Source: a virus
Taxonomy: Duplodnaviria; Caudoviricetes
Direction: 5' to 3' (one strand)
Virus record (IMG/VR): IMGVR_UViG_3300042444_000673
Span: 1-29,686 of that record
Length of the DNA: 29,686 nt
Shown piece by piece: positions 1 through 10,100 of this stretch. Within the stretch, counting starts at the first letter, position 1. Each line of letters starts with the position of its first letter. The notes under the pieces are model-generated. The model saw only the letters and a program-made list of their open reading frames with translations, ran no database searches and was not told the origin of the DNA. The position numbers were made by a program, and so were the translations under genes.

Positions 1-2946
1 TTTTTTACAGGTACATCAATCAATGATTCAAACGATTATAATTGGAGTGCTTTAACAAATAATCTTTATGCAATTAATTCTAATTACGTTGTTCAAATGA
101 ACACATTAATTGGAACTAACACAATAGAATTAACATATAATAGTTGTAATCCAAGTGTAGTTAGAGGATTTTCTGTTGGTGACATAATAACAATTTATTA
201 TGATGGTTCAGGTTTGGTTGATTGTAATTGTTCGAATCTACCAACACCTACCCCAACACCTTCAATCACTTCGTCTCCGACACCTACACCAACAATTAAT
301 ACGAGTCCGACCCCAACACCAACAAGTACAAATTTGTTCCCTTGTGATAGTCCAACCCCGACTCCAACACCTAGTGCAACATTTTGTATAACACCAACAC
401 CAAGTAATGCTTGTCCGCAACCAGCGCCACCTGATTGTGTGGTCACTTTAGAAAGTTGTTATCCAATTTTAACTTATAAAATTGTTGGGGTATGTTTGAA
501 TACTCTTACATTAGATAGGGCAACCCCTGACTTTTCATATTTGGGTAATGATTGTTATGCAAGAACAATTATATATCCACCAAATATGACTGAGATATAT
601 GATAGTATAACACCATTCAGACATTGGAATGATAATGTAATTAACTTCGAATCAGTTTGTTACACTGACCAATTTGATGTTAAAGTTTGGAATATGAATA
701 TTCCTTGGTCTGAAAGTCCAGCGGGATTAGATTCATCAATTTCAAATGATTATACTAAATTTGGTTCAGTTAATTATTTGGGTACAAAAGAATACTTAGG
801 TTATGCTTCGAGTAGTGGACAAACTGATACTAGTTCAACTTTTTATTTTAATTCTTTCGATGAGGTTGTTAGTGTACCACCTGAAGATCAAAAGGCTATA
901 GCAATCATACATTACACAAATCAAACAATTGACTTGTTCTATGGTGAAAAATTTGCTATGCAACCTTTCGATGATAGTGTAAATGACACTACAGGTCAAG
1001 CAAGAAATTTCAGACTCCATTTACCTTGGATTATGTGGCATAAAAATCCAAATTGTTGTTTAGGACAAACATTTTGGGTAGACCCACCTGGTTTTGAAGA
1101 CTTAGAATTGTTCCAAGTTAATTATATACAATCAACGAAGAATGTTGATATGAACGACCCTGGTATTAGATACTTCCATTTATGGGATGATAATCCTAAT
1201 GTAAATGCGTTAACACCTAATATTCCTAACAGAGTTGGTAAAGTATTTCCTGACTTAAAAATAATTGTTATTGATGATGAAGAATTAATTGCGGCAATGT
1301 CATATAAGTCTAATAGAAATTGGACATTACCAGCACCAAAGGTTTCATTAATAACACCAAATATATGTGGATTAGACAATAACTCCGTAGAGGGTATATT
1401 AACAGGTAATACGGAAAGTTTATATGTAACTTATAGATTATCAAATGATTTTGGGTTTACAAATTCACTTCATTGTAATTATTATCAATCAATTAATGGT
1501 CCTAACATAACTTGTAATCCAATAACATCTCAAAATGTAAGTGTTAGATTTGGTGACGAGTTTAATTGTTTATCAACAGCCTCAACAACTATTCAACCTT
1601 GTTGGTACACAGGATTTACATTTTGGTTTTTACCAGCCGCTGAAACATCACCAAATACTTATCAGGCATTCCCATTCGTTAATACAGGACAAAATTTGAA
1701 CGGATATCCTATATTTAGGTCTTTAACGGATGAGGGTTTAATATCAAACATATTTTATAGTGGTGGTAGTTGGGTTTTTAGAGCTAATATTAGTGCAACT
1801 GATGCAATTATTAATTTTGATAATGGTGGTCTAATTGGTAATTTTACATTACCATTTGATGAAGGTTTAACTGGTTATACTGAATGTAATTACAATCCTT
1901 TACTATGTATTACAACATGTGTGGAAAATGAACCTTGTGTTAATTCAACTTATCTTGAAATCTTGAGTGGGTCAACAAAACTTTATTTGTCAGGTCTTGA
2001 CTTGACTAGTAGATTAGTTTTTAATAATCCAAATTGGGAAATTTATTCAGCAGACACAAAAATTGCAACTTTAACTGGATTAACCAATAATGATATTCCA
2101 ATAGGTACATGGACACCTGATGTTGTTAGTGTTACTGGTTTAACATCAAGTTTATTCGAAGATTGTACAACTATTACTTGTAGTAGTTATTCCGCAAGCA
2201 CTACAGCAAATAGTGCAACAATTAAGGTCGTTGATTGTAGTTTTGTTATCTCAGATGAAACTAATATTACATCTGGTATTACATATAGTGGATGTGCAAT
2301 AAACTTAGATGGATCCTTTGATTCGTCAATTGTTCAAATTACAGAAGTAACTGAATATGGAAGTATTATGGGTACTTGTCCAACATATTCTGCATTTACT
2401 GCCAGTACTATTTGTTCTCAAGTATGTGATGTTACTAATGGATTCATAGCAAATAAATTCGAGATTTTATGTCAAAAGGTTGAAGGTAACGTAAGGCCAG
2501 AACCAACTGAATGGAAAATTATAGACTTCACTGATCAACTTAGTGGAACATCAATAAATGGTTTTATAACTCAATCAGGTTTGACTGGTAATACATTTGT
2601 AATTACACAAGATTTATACAATAATGCTGACACATATGTTCTTACTGATTACATAGATTTACCTTCAGGTACAACATCAAGTCTTAACTTCGGTGACGAA
2701 TATTATTTCTATGGTAACATCGAAACAGATATTCAGGCCACAATATATGAGATGAGATACAAAATCAATTTGGGACAATCAGAGTTTTTAGCATCATCCA
2801 ATCCAACTTGGGATAGTACCAAAAAGGTACATATAAGTGAAATTGGTCTTTACGATTCTGACAAAACACTTATGATTGTTTCTAAGCTACAATCACCTTA
2901 TCAAAGAACAGGTATTCAACAATTTGTAGTGAAATTTGATTTCTAA
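1..2946 (+). CDS. Large virion (tail/baseplate/fibre-attachment) protein, 5'-truncated; Pro/Thr linker, Cys-rich inserts, C-terminal tail-collar-like motif
   Basis: The frame is open from base 1 (FFTGTSINDSNDYNWSAL...) into the 97..2946 ORF, so the real start probably lies upstream. The C-terminus ISEIGLYDSDKTLMIVSKLQSP..VKFDF resembles the EIGLYD..L.AV..P motif of phage tail-collar/fibre attachment domains. Confidence 0.65.
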   Translation, partial: FFTGTSINDSNDYNWSALTNNLYAINSNYVVQMNTLIGTNTIELTYNSCNPSVVRGFSVGDIITIYYDGSGLVDCNCSNLPTPTPTPSITSSPTPTPTINTSPTPTPTSTNLFPCDSPTPTPTPSATFCITPTPSNACPQPAPPDCVVTLESCYPILTYKIVGVCLNTLTLDRATPDFSYLGNDCYARTIIYPPNMTEIYDSITPFRHWNDNVINFESVCYTDQFDVKVWNMNIPWSESPAGLDSSISNDYTKFGSVNYLGTKEYLGYASSSGQTDTSSTFYFNSFDEVVSVPPEDQKAIAIIHYTNQTIDLFYGEKFAMQPFDDSVNDTTGQARNFRLHLPWIMWHKNPNCCLGQTFWVDPPGFEDLELFQVNYIQSTKNVDMNDPGIRYFHLWDDNPNVNALTPNIPNRVGKVFPDLKIIVIDDEELIAAMSYKSNRNWTLPAPKVSLITPNICGLDNNSVEGILTGNTESLYVTYRLSNDFGFTNSLHCNYYQSINGPNITCNPITSQNVSVRFGDEFNCLSTASTTIQPCWYTGFTFWFLPAAETSPNTYQAFPFVNTGQNLNGYPIFRSLTDEGLISNIFYSGGSWVFRANISATDAIINFDNGGLIGNFTLPFDEGLTGYTECNYNPLLCITTCVENEPCVNSTYLEILSGSTKLYLSGLDLTSRLVFNNPNWEIYSADTKIATLTGLTNNDIPIGTWTPDVVSVTGLTSSLFEDCTTITCSSYSASTTANSATIKVVDCSFVISDETNITSGITYSGCAINLDGSFDSSIVQITEVTEYGSIMGTCPTYSAFTASTICSQVCDVTNGFIANKFEILCQKVEGNVRPEPTEWKIIDFTDQLSGTSINGFITQSGLTGNTFVITQDLYNNADTYVLTDYIDLPSGTTSSLNFGDEYYFYGNIETDIQATIYEMRYKINLGQSEFLASSNPTWDSTKKVHISEIGLYDSDKTLMIVSKLQSPYQRTGIQQFVVKFDF
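241..432 (+). repeat. Pro-Thr low-complexity (mucin-like) coding repeat
   Basis: PTPTPTPSITSSPTPTPTINTSPTPTPTSTNLFPCDSPTPTPTPSATFCITPTPSNACPQPAPP; the codons are degenerate (ccaacacct/ccgacacct/ccgacccca). Confidence 0.9.
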
Positions 2947-2949
2947 TCT

Positions 2950-3549
2950 ATGACAAAAAAAATTGAATCTAATCCTAAAATATTAGGTCTTGACGTGTCC
3001 ACCAAAACAATTGGTTGGGCACTTTTTGATATTAATACTAAAGAACTATTGGAATTGACACACGTTTCCCCAATAGTTAAGCCTAAAGAAGAAAACAAAA
3101 TAAAGGAACTATTTTCCAAATCTGAAATTTTTAGAACAAAATTATTAGAATATAAAAATTTGGGAATATCAAAAGTAGTAATCGAAGAACCACTTCTTAA
3201 TTCTAATAACGTTTATACTATTCAAACATTGTTGAGGTATAATACTCTAATTTCTAAGGAGATATATGATGTTTTAGGAATTGTACCTGAATACATTTCA
3301 ACTTACAATTCTCGTAAATCGGCTTTCCCTTGGTTGGTCAAAGATAACGGAAAAGGTAAGTTTGTGTTATTTGGTGGATTACCAAAGGATTGTGATAAAA
3401 AACAAATAATTTGGGAACAAGTTGCAAAAAGAGAACCCCAAATAAATTGGGTTTATACTAAAAACAACACACTCAAAAAGGAAAACTTCGATATGAGTGA
3501 CGCCTATTGTTGTGTTTTAGGTTATATGAAACAAGAAAATATATGGTAA
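2950..3549 (+). CDS. ruvC: RuvC-like Holliday junction resolvase
   Basis: 199 aa with RNase H-fold catalytic pattern: ILGLDVSTKTIGWA (Asp), VVIEEP (Glu), DMSDAY (Asp pair). Confidence 0.8.
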   Translation: MTKKIESNPKILGLDVSTKTIGWALFDINTKELLELTHVSPIVKPKEENKIKELFSKSEIFRTKLLEYKNLGISKVVIEEPLLNSNNVYTIQTLLRYNTLISKEIYDVLGIVPEYISTYNSRKSAFPWLVKDNGKGKFVLFGGLPKDCDKKQIIWEQVAKREPQINWVYTKNNTLKKENFDMSDAYCCVLGYMKQENIW

Positions 3550-3553
3550 AATT

Positions 3554-3581
3554 AAACCCCACTTTTTAGGTGGGGTTTTTT
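3554..3581. terminator. Intrinsic terminator between convergent operons (probably bidirectional)
   Basis: Stem AAACCCCAC (3554-3562) pairs with GTGGGGTTT (3570-3578), followed by a T run on + and an A-rich flank on the left. It lies between the stops at 3549 (+) and 3583 (-). Confidence 0.85.
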
Positions 3582-3582
3582 A

Positions 3583-6500
3583 TTATGGTACTGCAGTATC
3601 TCCAACTATTGTCCAAGAATAAACTGCAATTATATTAGACCTTGATGTGTCAGCAATGCTTCCTATTTGGTATTGTAATCCTTGTACCCCAAACGTGACA
3701 CCGAACTGAAGTATAGGTAATGTATTCCAAGCTATTAATAATGTCTGATAATTAGTTTGATTCATTCCACAATTATCAAGCATATTATCCATAGCTGAGA
3801 CATTAGAAACATCCCAAGAATCTAAAGCCTGATTGAAGTTGAATGCTGAATTGAACATATCCATCATATTTGTGACACTTGAAACATCCCAATTGTTAAC
3901 TGGTTGGTTGAATACACTGGCAGATTCAAACATAGCACTCATGTTAGTTACACTACTTACATTCCAAGAATTAAGATTTTGATTGAAGGCTATTGCTGAC
4001 TCAAACATACCTTGCATTGTTGTAACACCTGAAGTATCCCAATTATTAAGTGGTTGATTGAAAAGCGTTGTATTTGCAAACAAACCATTCATTAGAACAA
4101 CGTTACTTGTATTCCAAGTATTTAATGGTTGGTTAAATGCTGAGGCACCATCGAATGTTCCGTTCATATTAGTTACATTTGAAACATCCCAAATGTCAAT
4201 ATCTTGGTTGAAACTTGTAGCATTTTGGAACATTGCACCCATTTGAATGTTGTTCGACATATCCCAAGAACTAATATCTTGATTGAAACCAGTTGCACCT
4301 AAAAACATTCTTGTGGTATCAGTACATGCTGATGTATTCCAATTATTTAATGGTTGATTGAATGCAGTAACCCCCCTGAAAGTACTATTCATCGTTGTTA
4401 AATTAGATACATCCCAACTATTCAAGTCACCATCAAACGACACACTATCCCTAAAAGTACTACTTAAACTTGTTATTGTTGATGTATCCCAATATTGACT
4501 ATTATTTATTGTTGTTAATGACGTACAATCTCTAAACGTACTTTGTAAATTGTTTGTTGTAGTCAAATTTGGCACGTCAGAAACAGAGGATAAATCCAAA
4601 TTACTACAACCATAAAAATGACCAGTCACATTTCCAGGTTCAAATATACCCCATTGTTGAACTGAAAGAATTTTATCTCTGTCTCCTCCATTATTAAATG
4701 TCCATCCAGACAACTGATTAAATATTTGTATAGTATAGATACCAGTCGATGAATATGTGTGTTCCGTTAACGGATCATTCCATGTATTAATTGTGTCAGT
4801 ACTACCATCTCCCCAATCAACGATGAAATCATAATTCCCAGTAGAATCTAATGGTAATTGAAACTTATCATTAGCTGAAGACCCCATTGATGTTAGTGTT
4901 GTATCTATATCAAATATAAATGGTGCCAACACTGGTGGTGAAGTATCCTCACAACTAATGTCATAATATATTTTAATTCCTACAATAACATCAACATCGA
5001 TATATTCAGCAGGTGGGTTAGGTATTGTTCCAATAGTTATTTTATTTTCCACAGGTTCAATAATGACATCACTTATACCTGAAAAACTTAAAAGAAGTGA
5101 CCTAAGTGTATAGTAATAATCATCGTCACCAGGAAAGTCATTCAAACTTGTTCCAGTATAAAATGTCGTTGCTGTTGTTAGTAATGAAACTCCTGATAAT
5201 ACAACATCAACTTCAAATATTGCTTGATTCAGAACACAATTTGTATCACCAGATGTCAAATCTGTGAAACCTTCAATTAACATTTGTTGTGGACCTTTTC
5301 TGATATTTTGACCACTATCTATTAGTTCTCCTTCAAATATTGTATAAGTTTGGAAAGAAGAAACTAAATTATATCCAATAAGTGTTGTTGTTCTTGTTTG
5401 AACACAACCATAAAAATCTGTAATTGTTAAAGTATATGTGCCTGCGGTTAATGCCGAAACTGTTAAACCAGTTTGTCCATTAACATTTGGACTCCAATTA
5501 AGTGTGAATGGTGGTGTCCCATCTGTAATAAATGCTGTTATTTCACCATTATTACTGAAACTTGGATTTGTACTTGATAAAACAAAATCAAGTGAGCCTA
5601 AGTTTGTTATTGTAAATGGTAGGGTTTGAGTACATAAATTAGCATCAGTAACCACAGCAGTGTAATTACCAGCAAACAAATTAGTAAATGAGTATGTAAG
5701 ACCTGTAACGTTTAAGATATCGTAACCATTAATTTGGTATCTATATGGTGCAGTACCTCCAGTTGTTAATCCTAAAGTGACCGAACCAGTTGGTTGATTA
5801 CAACTTGAACTTGTTGTTTGTGCAGTTAGTGTGTATAATACATTATTACTTACAACGACTGAACCTGAATAAGGACACAGATTTGATGAATCACTAATTG
5901 TTAATGTATAAGTATCAGAGCTTAATGATGTAAAGATAAATCCAGCATTTTGTAAAGGTTGGATTCCTATTTGTGAATCGTTGTTTGAGTCAGTTAGAGT
6001 GTAAGTATAGGGTGCAGCACCTCCAAAGACAGAAACTGAAATTTGACCATCTAAATTATTACAATTGGAATTATCAACGTTAATTGTTACAACAGATAAT
6101 GCACTTGGTGTTAATAAAGTAGTATATGCTGTAGATTGACATAATCCCGCATCCGTAACCGTAACTGAAAAATAACCAGCAGGTAATCCTGAAAAAGTAT
6201 ATGAAGTTGCAAATGTTATAACAATCTCACCATTTGAACCTTGAATATGATATGGAGCAGTTCCACCTGAGATATATATTGTTGATTGTCCAGTTGCGGA
6301 AAAACAAGTTGGTTGTACATCATTAAGTAAAATTGTTCCTAATGTTGGAACTTGACCAATTATAGCCCCTTGTGATGTTACACACCCAAGTCCATCTGTA
6401 ACTGTAACAGAATATGAACCATTCGTTAATCCCGTAATAGAAGATGTTGTTTCACCATTAGGTAACCAAGAATAAGTATATGGTGGTGTACCAGTTAAAC

Positions 6501-7101
6501 CAGTTACATATAATGAACCCAAACTGTTTACACAGGCCGAATTATTAATTTGATATAAACCAAAATTTAATGTTGATGAACTTTTAACTATACAACTCTC
6601 ACTTTTTCCTGTACAACCACCACCATCATCAGCAATTACATAATATGTTCCAGCAGATAGTGAAGTAAATGTATTACTTGTGTTTTGGGTCGTTGCTGAA
6701 CTAATGAATCCACTTGTCAACTCATAAAGATAATAAGTGGAAGCAAAATACAGATTTGATGTTGCAGCAGTTAAAGAACCATTGTCAAAACCACAACTTG
6801 TGTTGGTACTATCTATTAATGATACACAAGAACCTGAAGATATATAAACATTTAACAATGAATATGTATTTCCCGAAGGACAACTATCTACTACATAGAA
6901 TGTATATGTTCCAGCAGATAAAGAGTTTATACTATATCCAGTAACACCCGCACCTAATGGAAATGTTCCCAATGATGGACTAACCCAATCGATAGTATAA
7001 TCAGGTGCAGTACCATTAATAGTAATACCAAACGCACCACTATTAGTATTTGAACAATCACCAGTTACCCCCGTTAATGTTACTATTAAACTACAAGCCA
7101 T
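3583..7101 (-). CDS. Putative virion adhesin/receptor-binding protein: 7 SprB-like repeats + linker domain + PKD-like domain + BspA/DUF285 repeats
   Basis: SprB-type units such as GTPPYTYSW...ITGLTNGSYSVTVTDGLGC; PKD-like FIVDWGDG...HTYSSTGIYTIQI; 25-aa FNQPLNNWDTSxVTxMxxMF repeats. No signal peptide is evident. It is the last gene of the baseplate operon. Confidence 0.8.
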   Translation of the reverse strand: MACSLIVTLTGVTGDCSNTNSGAFGITINGTAPDYTIDWVSPSLGTFPLGAGVTGYSINSLSAGTYTFYVVDSCPSGNTYSLLNVYISSGSCVSLIDSTNTSCGFDNGSLTAATSNLYFASTYYLYELTSGFISSATTQNTSNTFTSLSAGTYYVIADDGGGCTGKSESCIVKSSSTLNFGLYQINNSACVNSLGSLYVTGLTGTPPYTYSWLPNGETTSSITGLTNGSYSVTVTDGLGCVTSQGAIIGQVPTLGTILLNDVQPTCFSATGQSTIYISGGTAPYHIQGSNGEIVITFATSYTFSGLPAGYFSVTVTDAGLCQSTAYTTLLTPSALSVVTINVDNSNCNNLDGQISVSVFGGAAPYTYTLTDSNNDSQIGIQPLQNAGFIFTSLSSDTYTLTISDSSNLCPYSGSVVVSNNVLYTLTAQTTSSSCNQPTGSVTLGLTTGGTAPYRYQINGYDILNVTGLTYSFTNLFAGNYTAVVTDANLCTQTLPFTITNLGSLDFVLSSTNPSFSNNGEITAFITDGTPPFTLNWSPNVNGQTGLTVSALTAGTYTLTITDFYGCVQTRTTTLIGYNLVSSFQTYTIFEGELIDSGQNIRKGPQQMLIEGFTDLTSGDTNCVLNQAIFEVDVVLSGVSLLTTATTFYTGTSLNDFPGDDDYYYTLRSLLLSFSGISDVIIEPVENKITIGTIPNPPAEYIDVDVIVGIKIYYDISCEDTSPPVLAPFIFDIDTTLTSMGSSANDKFQLPLDSTGNYDFIVDWGDGSTDTINTWNDPLTEHTYSSTGIYTIQIFNQLSGWTFNNGGDRDKILSVQQWGIFEPGNVTGHFYGCSNLDLSSVSDVPNLTTTNNLQSTFRDCTSLTTINNSQYWDTSTITSLSSTFRDSVSFDGDLNSWDVSNLTTMNSTFRGVTAFNQPLNNWNTSACTDTTRMFLGATGFNQDISSWDMSNNIQMGAMFQNATSFNQDIDIWDVSNVTNMNGTFDGASAFNQPLNTWNTSNVVLMNGLFANTTLFNQPLNNWDTSGVTTMQGMFESAIAFNQNLNSWNVSSVTNMSAMFESASVFNQPVNNWDVSSVTNMMDMFNSAFNFNQALDSWDVSNVSAMDNMLDNCGMNQTNYQTLLIAWNTLPILQFGVTFGVQGLQYQIGSIADTSRSNIIAVYSWTIVGDTAVP
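3763..4437 (-). repeat. Nine tandem 75-bp/25-aa BspA-type (DUF285) repeats
   Basis: Units begin FDGDLNSWDVS, FNQPLNNWNTS, FNQDISSWDMS, FNQDIDIWDVS, FNQPLNTWNTS, FNQPLNNWDTS, FNQNLNSWNVS, FNQPVNNWDVS, FNQALDSWDVS; span 675 bp = 9 x 75. Confidence 0.9.
5375..7090 (-). repeat. Seven ~80-aa SprB-like repeats
   Basis: Recurring C-x4-G...GG(T/A)APY...L.AG.Y.(V/L).(V/I).D..(G/L)C pattern; seven units counted by eye. Confidence 0.8.
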
Positions 7102-10100
7102 TAACTACAATATATTTGAAAGTTTATTCCGATATCAATAGTAAATACTAATCCGTTGTCATCAGTTTGACAAGTTTGATTATATACTATAACTTTATCG
7201 TTATCAGTTAAATAATAATCATATCCCATATTTTTCAAAGAGTCTAAAGAAGAAATTAAAGCGTTATAGTATTGAGTTTGACTTGGTGCATTGAAAGGTG
7301 TGAATGAATATGTCGAACCATTGAAAAATGGTAGTTGAACCATAGTAACATTGTTAATTTTTAACTCTATGTACCACTCACTCGTCAAAGTATTGAGAAC
7401 ACAATCATTCAATTCATAACCATTATTCGTTAAATAGTTATTCAATACTTTACCTAAAATACCAGTAATAGAAGTAACTTGAGGATCTGATTGCCATGGA
7501 TAAATTGAACACTCAACTGATTCTATATTACAATCGTATTCAAACACATTAGTAATTAATGCACCTGGTCTGTTAAGTGCTGGTCTACCTTTGAATCCAC
7601 CACCATTATTAGCAGATGTATTACTTGGTGGGAATTTTATCGATGGAACACTTACACCACTTGGTGGTGTTGTAACTAATACCCCACCTTGAGGATTCCT
7701 AATTGGTGGTACAGTTTGTGTTCCCCCTTCATTACCTGCAATAAGTTGACATCCTTCTTGTCTTCTCCATACAAATTTTTGTCTATGGAATATCGAATTT
7801 TCCATCTTGATACCAGTATTCCATATAGTTGTTGCCGGCACCATTTGTTCAATCAATCTAATCCAATAATCACCCATACCATTAACATATTCAATCATAT
7901 TTTCATACTTGAAATTGTTGTTGGTTAAATTTGCAAACTCCTCAGATTGAATATATTTCCAATAAATTGATTCTAATGTTGGGTAACCCCCAGTTTTACC
8001 ATTCGATGCAAATTGTCTATTTCTTACATTAATTGTATTTTGCCAAAATGTCTGAGCAAATTCAAAAAATGTTTTACGTTTTGGTTGTGGATTTATTATA
8101 GTCCAGTCAACTCCGCCCCTATCAGGGTATATTGTGTAAGGATTAGGGTCACAATAAGTCGGTGGTACATAGTTAAGACCTTCGTTAGGTATTGGGTAAT
8201 TATATTTTCTTGACATCGCCCAAACATCATAAACAATACCTTGTGCTGGATTCATAAAAATGTCAACATTTTTGACATTCATAACCAACTTATCATCATT
8301 AACAAAATATCTTGCATTGAGATTTCCATCCAAGTTACTTCTCAATCCAGTTTCAGAATCGTACCAACTCTTATTATTATCGATTTGAGGTGTTAAAACA
8401 AACCCCAAATTCATAAATGGAAATTCTCTATATCGATTCAAATATGTTTGTCCATAAGTTGGTGGTAATAACGTTGTTTGTAAGTTTGTACTCTGACCAG
8501 TGAAAGTACTGAAAGTTGGTTCAACAACTGCAGGACCTCTATGTTGTGGTGTTTGTTCAAACCATCCACCACCAATTTGAAAGAAGTAATCATCTGAATC
8601 AGGTGGTGTTGATGGATATCCCTCGTTGTCAATAGGATAATCAGACAATGAAAGATTAACACTTGTTATTGAATTAGTTGTTGTGAATCCTGTGTAAGTT
8701 ATACCCTGAATAGAAAACAAATTTCCTTCTTCAAGTGTGGGTGTTTCAGAAATGTAAGTACCCCCTGATATTGTTGCCCAATATGTGTTAAACTGACCTA
8801 AATTAATTTTGTCATCAGCCAAATAAATATATTCGTTGAATTCTGTTAGAGCCTCTGGTGCCCCAATCATTCTCAACAATCCCTCGATAGATTTTCTTGT
8901 ACCTTTGGCTTTGAAGAGATATGCTGAGTTTAATATGATGTTTCTATAATACTGATAATTTAACTCATCTGGTGAGGTTTGTGTTGATACTCCAGCAAAG
9001 TTAGATGTATCATTGTTTGTTTGTCCAAATACTGAGGTTAGAAAATCATCACTTGATACTGGTGAAATATTTGTACTCCATCCTAATGTTAATGCTAAAT
9101 TTCTTAATAACTGAGATGGTATATCATTTCCAACGTTATAGTTTACTGATGGCATAAATGAAAGTGCTGTGATGTATTTTTGTACATCATCGAAACTTCT
9201 ACCATAAATTTGTAAAACCTTTTCTACTTTTCTTCCATCAGTATCAAAATCATTAAAAGCACCAGTAGTTAAAAATCTTGATATTAAGTTCGTTTTATTA
9301 CTATCATAGAATTCACTAATTTGGTTTAGTGAAATTAAATATTGTTGGAAATTGGCAGTTAAAATGTCTATATTCCATCTTCCATATAATGGCCAACTCA
9401 AAAATCTATTCTCAATATAGAAAGTACCATCTTCAGCCTCTATAGGAACTTTGAAACTTGATGTGTATATTGGGGAAACATTCCTATTCAAAAGAAAGTT
9501 TTCCACTTCATCTAAATCCTCGTTGAATGTTTTTGATACAACAGAATCATTAGGTCTAACAATAATATCATCATAAGAAATACTTGAACCTGAAAATGGA
9601 TTACCTGCAACATAAATTGTTAAAACACCTGATGTAAGACTTGTTGTTGGGATAATTCTTGTTACGTTATACCCATTACCCAAATAATATAAAGAGTAAT
9701 TAGCATATTGGAGAGTCATATCTCTTAACGGAGAAACTTGTACCTCTCTGAGTTGTAGATTTCTTGTTGAGTTGATAGTAAAATCAACCTCAAATGGATT
9801 TCTAAGTCTTGCTACATCTAAGTTGAAGTTTGTTTCGTTTGTTACATCATTATAAATAATATTTGTTGCCGTTAGGCCAGACGTATAGTTTAATCCTATT
9901 GCAGTAGATTCAATTGCCGCAGGATAGTAACTTATAATTGTTGTAATTGCGGCTGACATTCTCTTAACCATCGACCCATAAGTTGTATAGTTAAGAACTT
10001 GTGTTAAATCAAAGTTAGGATAAACCTTGAAATTATTTTCAATAATACTTTTTGCTTGTTCAACATCATTGATACCCATAGACTCCAAACTCATAGGATT

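Noticed and set aside
2950-3549. RuvC domain as TnpB/Cas12-like RNA-guided nuclease or transposase
   Set aside because: Only 199 aa with a compact resolvase layout; no zinc finger or REC/WED region, no adjacent non-coding space for a guide RNA, and no IS ends.
3763-4437. Regularly spaced repeats as a CRISPR array or DGR template/variable repeat
   Set aside because: They are in-frame 75-bp coding repeats diverged at all base types. There are no identical direct repeats with unique spacers, no adenine-specific pair, and no reverse transcriptase or cas gene in the window.
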